The notes under the pieces were generated by a model, which worked only from the letters and a program-made list of their open reading frames with translations, was not told where the DNA came from and did not search any database. Shown piece after piece: positions 28,209-37,253 of a stretch of DNA of 64,000 bases; position 1 is the first letter of the stretch, and every line of letters begins with the position of its first letter. The DNA is from Armatimonadota bacterium. GTDB lineage: Bacteria; Armatimonadota; SYMT01. A program made the translations under genes and the position numbers. The stretch covers positions 1-64,000 of the forward strand of contig JAWLHY010000005.1 of the NCBI GenBank assembly GCA_041690135.1, given 5' to 3'.

Positions 28209-30710
28209 ATGAAACCGCTCTTCCAACACTGGGTCCTGCTCGGCTCTTTACCGGCTCTTTTAACGGCCGGCGGCGTGCTGGCGCGCGAGGCACATACTTT
28301 CACCCCCAGCCAGCGCGGCCACTGGGCCTGGAAGAAGCCGGTCACCCCGCCGCTCCCACGCGTGCGGCGCCAGGCATGGGTGCTCAACCCGATCGACGCC
28401 TTCGTCCTCTTCCGGTTGGAAGAGCGTGGCCTCCAGCCGGCCCCGGCCGCATCCCGCGAGGTGCTGATTCGTCGGGTGGCCCTGGACCTGACCGGTCTTC
28501 CCCCGACCGTGGCCGAGATCGATGCCTTCCTTGCCGATGCGGCTCCGGGCGCCTACGAGCGGATGGTGGACCGCTATCTCGCCTCCCCGCATTATGGGGA
28601 GCGCTGGGCGCGCCACTGGCTCGACCTTGCCCGTTATGCCGACACCAACGGTTACGAGCACGACGAGATCCGGCCCGATGCCTGGCGTTATCGGGACTAC
28701 GTCGTACGCTCGTTCAACGAGGACAAGCCGTACAACCGGTTCGTGCAGGAGCAGATCGCCGGCGATGAGCTCGACCCCGAAAACCCGGATTGTCTCATCG
28801 CGACCGGTTTCAATCTCCTCGGGCCGGATATGACGGACGCCGCGGACCAGGCTGCCCGCCGCCAGAATACGCTGAATGACATGACGGACACCGCGGGCCT
28901 GGTCTTCCTGGGCCTCACGATGGGTTGCGCTCGCTGCCACGACCACAAGTACGAGCCCCTGCTGCTGAAGGATTACTATCAACTTCAGGCGTTCTTTACC
29001 CCGGCCCGTTTCCGCATCGATCTTCCGGCGGGGACTCCGGAGGAAGAGAAAGCTTACCGCCGGCGGTTAGCGGAACATGAGCGCAAGGTCGAAGAGGTGC
29101 GCGGCCGGATGGAAGCAGTGGCAGGGCCGGTGCTGCGGGAGTTGCGGAAGAAAGCGCTCGCCGGCCTGCTCGAGGACGTCCGCACCGCCTTTGCCACACC
29201 GGAAACGGCACGCACTCCCGCCCAACAGAAGCTGGTCGAGAACCACTCCCGGCGGATCGAACCCCCGGCGAAGGAGGTGCTTTCCCGTCTTGCGGGAGAG
29301 CGCCAGGACCGCTTTGAAAAGCTGGCGGCCGAGCTGAAGACCCTCAACGACCGGAAGCCGGCGCCCCCGCGAGCGATGGGCCTCTGGGAAGACGGCAAAG
29401 TAACCCCCACCTATGTCCTGGAACGGGGCGAGCTTGAGAATCGCGGTCCCGAAGTCCGGCCCGGCTATCCCGTCATCCTGGCGTCCCAGGGAGTACCCCC
29501 CGCCGCGGCGGAAGCTGTTCCAATGCAGAGCAGTGGACGCCGCCTGGCCCTGGCGCGCTGGATCACGCACCCCGATAACCCGCTCGCGGCCCGAGTCATC
29601 GTCAACCGCGCCTGGCAGCATCACTTCGGCCGTGGCCTCGTCCCCACCCCCAGCGACTTCGGCCTCCGCGGCGAAAACCCCACGCACCCGGAGTTGCTGG
29701 ATTTCCTGGCCTCCGTGTTTTCCAGCACGGGTACGGTTACCGAAATGCAGGGGGACAAGGGTGCAGGGAGCAAGGGGGAAAGGAGACCAGTTGCCCCGCA
29801 CGGCTACGGCCTGACCGAAGGCAAGGGCGCAAAGGCGCAGGGCGCAGGGGAGAAGAGAACCCCGGTAACCGCAGCAGCCTCTGCTCTCCGGGGTTCCCCT
29901 TACGCAATACGCAATACGCAATACGCATCCAATGTCGCCCCCACTGCCCCCCAGCCCCGGACCCCCGGCCCCGCCGAAGGCTTGGGTTGGTCGATCAAAA
30001 AGCTCCACCGCCTCATTCTCACGTCGAATGCCTACAAACAGTCGAGTCGCCCTTCAGCGAGGACTCTGGCGACGGATCCCGAGAACGAGGTCTTCTCGCG
30101 GATGAATCGGGTGCGCCTCGAAGCCGAGGCGATCCGGGACGCGACCCTGCTGGTGAGCGGTCGCCTGAACCCGAGGATGGGCGGGCCGGGCGTGTTCCCG
30201 CCGGTGCCGCGGGATCCTTCCACCAAGGGCGCGGAGTGGCCGGTATCGCGAAACCCGGCCGATCACACCCGCCGCAGCCTCTACGTCTTCGTCCGGCGCA
30301 ATCTCCCCTTCCCTGCGTTCGAGGTGCTGGACACGCCCGACACGAACCAAAGCTGTCCGGTCCGCGAGACCAGTACCACGGCACCCCAGGCGCTGTCGTT
30401 GCTGAACGATTCCGAAATGCTGCTCACCGCCCAGCACTTCGCCGGCCGGTTGCTAAGGGAAGCTCCGGATACGGCCTCCCGGATCACCCTGGCCTACCGC
30501 CTGGCACTCGCACGGCGCCCCACCGCCCGCGAGTTGACCACCGGGGAAGAGTTCCTGAAAGCGCAGGCGGAACTGATCGGCGAGCGCCCCCGGCAGGAGC
30601 TCGCGCTTCCTGTTCCGTGTCCGGAAGATCTCCCCAGCGCGCAGGGCGCCGCCCTGACCGACTACTGTCTCGCGCTTTTGAATCTGAACGAGTTCGTTTA
30701 CGTGGACTAG
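28209..30710 (+). CDS. DUF1549/DUF1553 (PSD1) domain protein
   Basis: NPIDAFV, LIRRVALDLTGLPP, YGERWARHWLDLARYADT, CARCHDHKYEP, NPLAARVIVNRAWQHHFGRG, PQALSLLN. Confidence 0.93.
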   Translation: MKPLFQHWVLLGSLPALLTAGGVLAREAHTFTPSQRGHWAWKKPVTPPLPRVRRQAWVLNPIDAFVLFRLEERGLQPAPAASREVLIRRVALDLTGLPPTVAEIDAFLADAAPGAYERMVDRYLASPHYGERWARHWLDLARYADTNGYEHDEIRPDAWRYRDYVVRSFNEDKPYNRFVQEQIAGDELDPENPDCLIATGFNLLGPDMTDAADQAARRQNTLNDMTDTAGLVFLGLTMGCARCHDHKYEPLLLKDYYQLQAFFTPARFRIDLPAGTPEEEKAYRRRLAEHERKVEEVRGRMEAVAGPVLRELRKKALAGLLEDVRTAFATPETARTPAQQKLVENHSRRIEPPAKEVLSRLAGERQDRFEKLAAELKTLNDRKPAPPRAMGLWEDGKVTPTYVLERGELENRGPEVRPGYPVILASQGVPPAAAEAVPMQSSGRRLALARWITHPDNPLAARVIVNRAWQHHFGRGLVPTPSDFGLRGENPTHPELLDFLASVFSSTGTVTEMQGDKGAGSKGERRPVAPHGYGLTEGKGAKAQGAGEKRTPVTAAASALRGSPYAIRNTQYASNVAPTAPQPRTPGPAEGLGWSIKKLHRLILTSNAYKQSSRPSARTLATDPENEVFSRMNRVRLEAEAIRDATLLVSGRLNPRMGGPGVFPPVPRDPSTKGAEWPVSRNPADHTRRSLYVFVRRNLPFPAFEVLDTPDTNQSCPVRETSTTAPQALSLLNDSEMLLTAQHFAGRLLREAPDTASRITLAYRLALARRPTARELTTGEEFLKAQAELIGERPRQELALPVPCPEDLPSAQGAALTDYCLALLNLNEFVYVD

Positions 30711-30731
30711 GGAGCACCCCATTGAATAGGT

Positions 30732-30828
30732 GTCCGGTAGTTGCACTGCCGGACCGGATGGCCCACTGTGAGGATGTCCGGCAGTTGCACTGCCGGACCG
30801 GATGGGCATTGGCGCAGTTGTACTGCGC
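30732..30828. repeat. Three REP-like palindromes with a GCAGTTGCACTGC core
   Basis: GTCCGG(T/C)AGTTGCACTGCCGGACCGGATGG twice at 44-bp spacing, plus GCGCAGTTGTACTGCGC; another copy at 106-122. Confidence 0.8.
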
Positions 30829-30862
30829 ACCTTTTCCAACCTGCCTACGGTGAATACAACTG

Positions 30863-32359
30863 ATGCTGGACAACCCAAGCAACACTCCCAACACTGCCTG
30901 CAGTCAGTGTGGCGGCCCGAATGGCCCGGAGACCCTGCGTCCCACGACGCGTCGCGATCTCCTGTCCCGTGCCGGGTTCGGGTTCGGGATGCTCGCTCTC
31001 AGCGCGATCCTCTCGGAAGAGGGACTGTTGGCCGCCGAAGCGGAAGGCCCCGCTGCCACGCCCAATCCGCTGGCGCCGCGGCAGCCGCACTTTTCGGCAA
31101 AGGCGAAGTCCGTCATCTTCCTCTTTATGTCCGGCGGGCCCAGCCATCTGGAGACTTTCGACCCCAAACCCGAGTTGCAGCGCCTGGCGGGCCAGAAGCT
31201 ACCCGAAAGCTTCGGCCCGGTGAAGACCCGGCGCGGCGTTGATAAGAATGTCCTGCTGCCGACCCGGCGCACCTTTCAGCGCTATGGGCAATCCGGCATC
31301 GAGGTGTCCGATTACCTCCCGCACTCGGCTACCGTCGTCGATGAGCTGGCGGTGCTGCGGGGCTGCTACGGCGACAGCGTCACCCACCCAGAGTCCGTAT
31401 ACCTGATGAACACCGGTTCGATCCGGATGGGGCGTCCCAGCCTGGGTGCCTGGGTCAGCTATGGGCTCGGTACCGTCAACCAGAACATGCCGTCTTTCGT
31501 CTGTATGCCGGACCCGGGCGGCTACGTCAAAGGCGGGGCGCCGGCCTGGGGCAACGGGTTCCTCCCCGCCGCCTTCCAGGGGACCGTCGTTCGCGGCGGC
31601 AACCCACCCATTCTCAACCTCAAGACCCCTCGGGAGATCAGCGGTACCCAGCAGCGCAGCACGCTCGACCTGATCCGCCGCCTCAACCGGGAACATCTAG
31701 AGCAGCGGGAAGCCGACTCGGCTCTCGCCGCGCGGATCGCCGCTTATGAGCTGGCCTTCCGGATGCAGGCCCACGCTCCTGAAGTGCTGGACGTTTCTGG
31801 GGAATCGGAAGCGACGAAGGCCATGTATGGCCTGGACCGTCCGGAATGCGCGGAGTTCGGGTTACGGTGCCTGCTGGCCCGCCGGATGGTGGAGCGCGGT
31901 GTGCGCTTTGTGCAGCTTTACTGCGGCGACACCAATGGCTGGGACGCGCACAGCGATATCGAGCAGAACCACCGGATCCACTGCGCCCGGACCGACCGCC
32001 CCGCTGCGGCACTCATCAAAGACCTAAAGCAGCGCGGCATGCTGGAGAACACCCTTGTTGTCTGGGGAGGTGAGTTCGGCCGCACCCCCATGACCGAAGG
32101 CAAAACGGGCCGCGATCACAACCCCTACGGCTTCACGATCTGGATGGCGGGCGCCGGGGTGAAGGGCGGTATCACCTACGGCAACACCGACCCCGTGGGT
32201 CTCCGGGCCGTGGAAGACCGCACACACGTCCACGACATCCACGCCACCATCCTGCACCTGCTTGGGATGGACCACACCAAACTGACCCACCTCCACAACG
32301 GCCGCGCCGAACGTCTCACGGACGTAGCCGGCAACGTGATCCAAAAGATCCTGGCGTGA
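30863..32359 (+). CDS. DUF1501 family protein
   Basis: TRRDLL Tat-like motif; AKSVIFLFMSGGPSHLETFDPKP, GWDAH, WGGEFGRTP, GRDHNP. Confidence 0.93.
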   Translation: MLDNPSNTPNTACSQCGGPNGPETLRPTTRRDLLSRAGFGFGMLALSAILSEEGLLAAEAEGPAATPNPLAPRQPHFSAKAKSVIFLFMSGGPSHLETFDPKPELQRLAGQKLPESFGPVKTRRGVDKNVLLPTRRTFQRYGQSGIEVSDYLPHSATVVDELAVLRGCYGDSVTHPESVYLMNTGSIRMGRPSLGAWVSYGLGTVNQNMPSFVCMPDPGGYVKGGAPAWGNGFLPAAFQGTVVRGGNPPILNLKTPREISGTQQRSTLDLIRRLNREHLEQREADSALAARIAAYELAFRMQAHAPEVLDVSGESEATKAMYGLDRPECAEFGLRCLLARRMVERGVRFVQLYCGDTNGWDAHSDIEQNHRIHCARTDRPAAALIKDLKQRGMLENTLVVWGGEFGRTPMTEGKTGRDHNPYGFTIWMAGAGVKGGITYGNTDPVGLRAVEDRTHVHDIHATILHLLGMDHTKLTHLHNGRAERLTDVAGNVIQKILA

Positions 32360-32379
32360 GATTGGACCCCGCTGTAGCG

Positions 32380-33480
32380 TTAGAACGCGAAGCTGGTCCC
32401 CAGTAACGAGTCCCCGTCGGCCGCGTAGGCGAGAGACAACTGCCGGTAGCCCACGCCGACCGCCAATCCACGCGTGGTGATCGCGCCGCGCACCGTCACA
32501 TGCTTCCTGACGGCGTACTCGGCCCCCACGGATAGCCGCGCCGGAATTCGGTTGCCTCCCAGGTTCAAAAGGTCCCCGACCATGGTGACCCGCGGGTGGG
32601 GCTTGAAGGCTGCTCCAAGATCGATTCCTCTCCCCTGGCGCAGCCGTCCGCTGCCCGCTTGCGCGATTCCGCGGACTACCATACCTAACTGGACGGGCCG
32701 ACGCCCGGAGAGCGTGTGTTGAAGCCCGAGATCCAGACCGAAGGAGACCCCCTCTTCCTCTGCCGTCTTCCGGTGCAGGATGTCGCCGCTACGGTTGACC
32801 TGCAGCACTTCTCTTTCATACCTTCCCAGAACCGGGACGAAGCGAAGTCCGACATCGACTGGCGAACTACTCTTCCCTCCGGTAGGGACGCGCCAGGCGT
32901 AGGCGATGGGAAGGCTGGCAAGATATCCCAGTTCAACCCGGAAGCGGGCAGCGGGTGGAGGTATCCCGAAATGACCCTGCCGCGCCCAGCGGGCGAGCGC
33001 TTCGTTGGGAGTTCCGGCCAACCGGCCCGAAGTAGCAAACCCGATCTCCAACCGCCGATGCCGGACGGCTAACCCCACGTCCGTCCAGAGAGTGTTCCGG
33101 TGGTCCACCAGCCCGATGCCGATTTCTTCCAGGTGGTCGAAGTCGCGGTGTTCGATCAGGTTATCGAGGATCTCGCGGTTAAGCGGTCCCTGACCCGCGA
33201 GTTGGATGTGGGGCACGCGCACGCGGGTGTCCGTCGAAGTCGCCAGAGCAGCCGGATTGATCCGGCTGCTGGCTTCAGAGTCTTGCAAGGCGACACCCCC
33301 GCCTCCCAGGCCGACGTGCCGTGCCGCTTCTCCGGCCGCGAATGATTGACCCGCGGCCGGAGTAACGCTGCCTGCCAGGAGCAGAATTGCGGTGGCTAGT
33401 TGTGTGGCGCTCCCCGTTGCCAGGCGCACAGTCAAAGGGGAACGGATGGTCCGATCTGGCCGTCTCCGGCGGCGGAGCAT
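32380..33480 (-). CDS. Outer-membrane beta-barrel protein (TraF/PorV/FadL-like)
   Basis: AARHVGLGGGGVAL...INPAAL N-terminal motif; FGLDLG, IDLGAAF, SVGAEY strands; terminal Phe. Confidence 0.65.
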   Translation of the reverse strand: MLRRRRRPDRTIRSPLTVRLATGSATQLATAILLLAGSVTPAAGQSFAAGEAARHVGLGGGGVALQDSEASSRINPAALATSTDTRVRVPHIQLAGQGPLNREILDNLIEHRDFDHLEEIGIGLVDHRNTLWTDVGLAVRHRRLEIGFATSGRLAGTPNEALARWARQGHFGIPPPAARFRVELGYLASLPIAYAWRVPTGGKSSSPVDVGLRFVPVLGRYEREVLQVNRSGDILHRKTAEEEGVSFGLDLGLQHTLSGRRPVQLGMVVRGIAQAGSGRLRQGRGIDLGAAFKPHPRVTMVGDLLNLGGNRIPARLSVGAEYAVRKHVTVRGAITTRGLAVGVGYRQLSLAYAADGDSLLGTSFAF

Positions 33481-33508
33481 CTGGGAGGTAGATTCCTCAT
33501 GCACCGCC

Positions 33509-34267
33509 TTATTTGCGTCGGAAGTGAGCGACGACGCGGCTGCGGATCGGTTCTCGGACCGAGAACCCACTCTCGTTTTCTTCGAGAGAGAGGGCGAAAG
33601 GTGCGCGGAACTTGAGAGTGAACTCAAAGAAGCTGTTGTTGCCACGGAGAGAGACAGGGAGAACCCAGAGTTGGCCATCGGGCGTGATCAGCCAGCCTCC
33701 GATTGCCCGGAAAATCTCCTCTCCGAAGGCATTGCCGCTGAGGACAAAGGTGCCTTTGCGGCTCAGGCTCAGCTGCAAATCCCCCGCGTCCGTTTCACCT
33801 TCGTACAGCCCGGCATATTCCTGCATCTCGGGCAGGTCCGCATCCTGCAGCGTGGCACTGAAGGTCCCCTGTCGCCCGGCCATGGTGAACGTACCGGTGA
33901 TGGTATTGCCCGAAATGGTGCCGGTCAGTTTTCCAATAGTGGAACGCCGGTTGCGAGCCACGATCGGATAAACCTTGAGGGTCACCTTGTTGCGTTTGAT
34001 CCGGCCTTCCATCCGGGCGCCGATCAAAGCATCATCCGGTGCGGGACCGCCGGTCCCATAGGTCAGGCCGAGAACCTGCGACCCCGAGCGGCCCAGCCAG
34101 AGAGTCCAGTCAACGATATCGTCGCCGTCCAGCGCGCCTTCATAAAAGTTGGTGGCGGCAGTCCCTGCCGCATTCGCGGGGCGGGCTTGAAATCCGAGAA
34201 CGAAGGTCAGGAGTAACAGCAAGCAGCCGACGATTCGCGATCCCCGGTACACCTTTGGGTTCATCAT
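33509..34267 (-). CDS. Hypothetical exported beta-rich protein
   Basis: GGAGG RBS; signal peptide; GTISGNTITGTF type strands. Confidence 0.65.
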   Translation of the reverse strand: MMNPKVYRGSRIVGCLLLLLTFVLGFQARPANAAGTAATNFYEGALDGDDIVDWTLWLGRSGSQVLGLTYGTGGPAPDDALIGARMEGRIKRNKVTLKVYPIVARNRRSTIGKLTGTISGNTITGTFTMAGRQGTFSATLQDADLPEMQEYAGLYEGETDAGDLQLSLSRKGTFVLSGNAFGEEIFRAIGGWLITPDGQLWVLPVSLRGNNSFFEFTLKFRAPFALSLEENESGFSVREPIRSRVVAHFRRK

Positions 34268-34369
34268 TCCTCCAATAACAAAGCCAACAGCTCGGTGAAG
34301 CACCGAACAGAATGCCTTCGTGCAGCTCGCCCTTTCGAACTGCTGGAGGATGCGGCTGCCTGTTTGTTG

Positions 34370-35785
34370 TTATAGCAGCCCTTCGATCGGCTTGCCCATA
34401 TTAACGTACATTGGACGGTCCTGGATGTCGCGGACCTCGTACTCGTGCCGGATGCCGAGTGATTCATAGATGGTGGCGGTCACTTCGCTCGGCATATAGC
34501 CTTTCGTCACCGGGTGTCCGGCCCATTCGTCCGTCTCACCGAGGACTGTGCCGCCGCGCACGCCCGCGCCGGCGAACACGCCGCTCCACACCCACTGCCA
34601 GTGGTTGCGGCCGTCGGGGTCGGCGGCATTGGCGGCCGCTCCCGCCACCGATCGACCGAGGATCGGGTTGCGGCCCATCTCACTGGTACAGAACACGAGC
34701 GTCTCATCCAGCATTCCGGAATCGTGCATATCCTGCAGGAAGGCGCTGAACGCCTGATCGAACGGCGGCATGTGAGCGTCCATCAGCTTGTCTTCGCGCC
34801 GGTGGTAGTCCCAGTGGTTCAGGTTGCCGATGTTGACCTGGATGTACTTGACCCCGGACTGCGCGAGGCGCCGTGCGAGCAAAAGGGACTGCCCCCAGGT
34901 GGTGCGGCCGTACCGGTCGCGCAGGTTGACCGGCTCCTTCTCCAGGTCGAACGCCTTCCGTACCCCGGCCGAAGTGGCAACCTCGAAGGCTTTCTTCTGG
35001 TTCTCCGAAAGCTGCTGCACGCCCAGATCGCGGTCCAGATCGCTGCGGAGATCATCCACCTGCGCCAGCAGCCGCTGCCGGTTGCTCAGCCGGTCTACTG
35101 TCATGCCGGGTACGGGCAGCAGGTCGGGAATCCGGAAATTCGGCTTGTTGGGGTCCCCCTCGATGATCCACGGATCGTACCGGCTCCCCATCCAGCCAGC
35201 ATCCTCTCCGGGAACGGGCGCGCCCTGGAACCGGATGCGGTACGGCAGGTGGATGGCGGAAGGCAAACCCGTCTGGCTGGGATACCTGTGGGTGATCACC
35301 GAGCCCATCGATGGATAGTCGTTCCGGGTGGCGAAGCTTTTAAAGGTCGATGGGCGGCGGTCGACACCGGCGAGGATTTCCTGGTGACCCGGAATGTGAT
35401 TCTCATCCTCGGCGTTCAGGGTGAGGGTGCGCACGATGCAGCACCGGTGCATCTGTTTCGCCGTAAGCGGGAGTCGGCTGCCGATCTCCACCCCCGGTGC
35501 GCTGGTCTTGATCGGCGTGGCGGTCCCGCGGCACTCGCGCGGCGAATTCGGCTTGAGATCCCACAACTGCATCTGGGGTGGCCCGCCGGGCATCCAGACG
35601 ATGATCACGCTCTTGGCGCGAGCCTTTGAGCCGTCTGCGCGCGCCTCTCGCGGTTGGAAGGCCCCGTCCATCGTCAGCCCAAAGGAGCCGAGAAAACCTA
35701 CCTGGAGCAGTTCGCGCCGCAGGATGCCGGAGCGGTGAATATGCGGAATGACCTGACCGTTTTCGTTCATCTGATTCCCATGCAC
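34370..35785 (-). CDS. DUF1501 family protein
   Basis: RRELLQVG, VWMPGGPPQMQLWDLKP, RDRYG...GQSLLLARRL, WDYH, SEMGRNP. Confidence 0.9.
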   Translation of the reverse strand: MHGNQMNENGQVIPHIHRSGILRRELLQVGFLGSFGLTMDGAFQPREARADGSKARAKSVIIVWMPGGPPQMQLWDLKPNSPRECRGTATPIKTSAPGVEIGSRLPLTAKQMHRCCIVRTLTLNAEDENHIPGHQEILAGVDRRPSTFKSFATRNDYPSMGSVITHRYPSQTGLPSAIHLPYRIRFQGAPVPGEDAGWMGSRYDPWIIEGDPNKPNFRIPDLLPVPGMTVDRLSNRQRLLAQVDDLRSDLDRDLGVQQLSENQKKAFEVATSAGVRKAFDLEKEPVNLRDRYGRTTWGQSLLLARRLAQSGVKYIQVNIGNLNHWDYHRREDKLMDAHMPPFDQAFSAFLQDMHDSGMLDETLVFCTSEMGRNPILGRSVAGAAANAADPDGRNHWQWVWSGVFAGAGVRGGTVLGETDEWAGHPVTKGYMPSEVTATIYESLGIRHEYEVRDIQDRPMYVNMGKPIEGLL

Positions 35786-36140
35786 AGTCCCGAGAAATCC
35801 AACTCGTAGGACAGCCAGCCGGGGAGAAGGTTTCGCTAAAGCGTCCTTGACAGGTTTGAAGGTTTGTTGCGGAACGATGCTGTGAGCCCTCGTGATCCTG
35901 AATGAATGCCTGCCCGAATGGGTGCGGGATCTCCTTGCGACCCGGCCTCCTCACCCTGCTTCGCAAATCTCACCCGTTCTGCCCCAACCCTTCCCGTATT
36001 ACGTTTCGCGCCCCCATGCGACCGAGGTCATTGCACTGCCATTCCACCCGCTCGCGCACGTCAAGCACGCATCACGGTTCCTGACCAGGAATGCTCCCCC
36101 ATCCCGGATAAGCTATAGCTCTTGAAGGAGAGAAACGTAG

Positions 36141-36908
36141 ATGGCTCGTTGGATAAAAGGCTGTGCGCTGGGCTGCGTGACGCTGGTATTGTTGATCGTG
36201 TTTGCCGGAGTGGCAGCGGTGAAGTGGGCCGGTGCGCCTCCGCCGACGGCGCCAAAGATCGGCTCGGTGGTGGCGCTGCGTCCCCTCTTCCTGCGCAAGC
36301 AGGGGGAGCCCTTCAGCGCCGGGACCGCCGTTGCCGTGCGGGTACAGCCCCAATCGGCGCCGATCCTCCTAACGGCGCTCCATCTCTTCGGCCCGTCCGG
36401 CGGGCTGGAGAAAGACCTGGCTCCCGCGGAGCTGGACCAGCAGATCCGGGAGGTGTGGCTCGCCCCCATTAGCGGTAAACGCAGAGTCGTCGCACGCGCC
36501 CGCGGCGCCCTTCGCAAGAGCGGTCCCGCCCTCTCCGAAAACCTGCCGGGGGTCTCCGAAGATGTGGCGGCGTTCAAGCTCCAGCCGAAGAGCGCGGTCA
36601 ACGCCCTCCCCCTCGCCGCCGCGAACCCGAAGTTTGGCGACTGGGTATGGCTGGTCGGTGACGTGTTCGACCACGAGCCGCAGACGCAGCGCCTCTTCGC
36701 CGGACGCGTGTGGCGCTCCCACGATGAGGGTACGATGATCCGCCTCCAGGAGCGCTTCCCCCTCCGCGCCTTCTCCGGCGCCCCCGTCATCAACGAGCGG
36801 AAAGAGGTGGTCGGCCTCCTCATCAGCGGCGGCGAAGGCGGCGGCATCGGCATCATCAACCCCGCCGGCAACATCCGCCGGAAGTTAGCAGTGGGCGGAG
36901 TGGATTAG
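36141..36908 (+). CDS. Membrane-anchored trypsin-like serine protease
   Basis: LLTALH, EDVAAF, FSGAPVIN...VVGL catalytic triad pattern. Confidence 0.75.
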   Translation: MARWIKGCALGCVTLVLLIVFAGVAAVKWAGAPPPTAPKIGSVVALRPLFLRKQGEPFSAGTAVAVRVQPQSAPILLTALHLFGPSGGLEKDLAPAELDQQIREVWLAPISGKRRVVARARGALRKSGPALSENLPGVSEDVAAFKLQPKSAVNALPLAAANPKFGDWVWLVGDVFDHEPQTQRLFAGRVWRSHDEGTMIRLQERFPLRAFSGAPVINERKEVVGLLISGGEGGGIGIINPAGNIRRKLAVGGVD

Positions 36909-37253
36909 GACCAGGATAAGGATAAAGAGGCCCGCTCCAGGACGGGTGCCCTGACCAGGGGCGGGATGGATTAGGACCTGGAATAGGATCAGGATCCGGT
37001 TAAGGACGACTTCCCTGACCAGGGCGATGGCCACGCCTGCCCGGCGGAGCTAGGGTCATTCATGGTTTCTGGCGCAGACGGTTGGGCGCTTCGACGGGAG
37101 ACTCATCAAAGTGGGTGAAGTTGCTGCTGATCTATCGCTCCTCGCCATGACAAGCGTCTACATTGACTGATAATGAGCGTGGCCATTGCCTGAAAGCCTG
37201 CATGCCTGAAAGCCTGCATGCCCGAACGCCGAACGCCGAACGCCGAACGCCCG

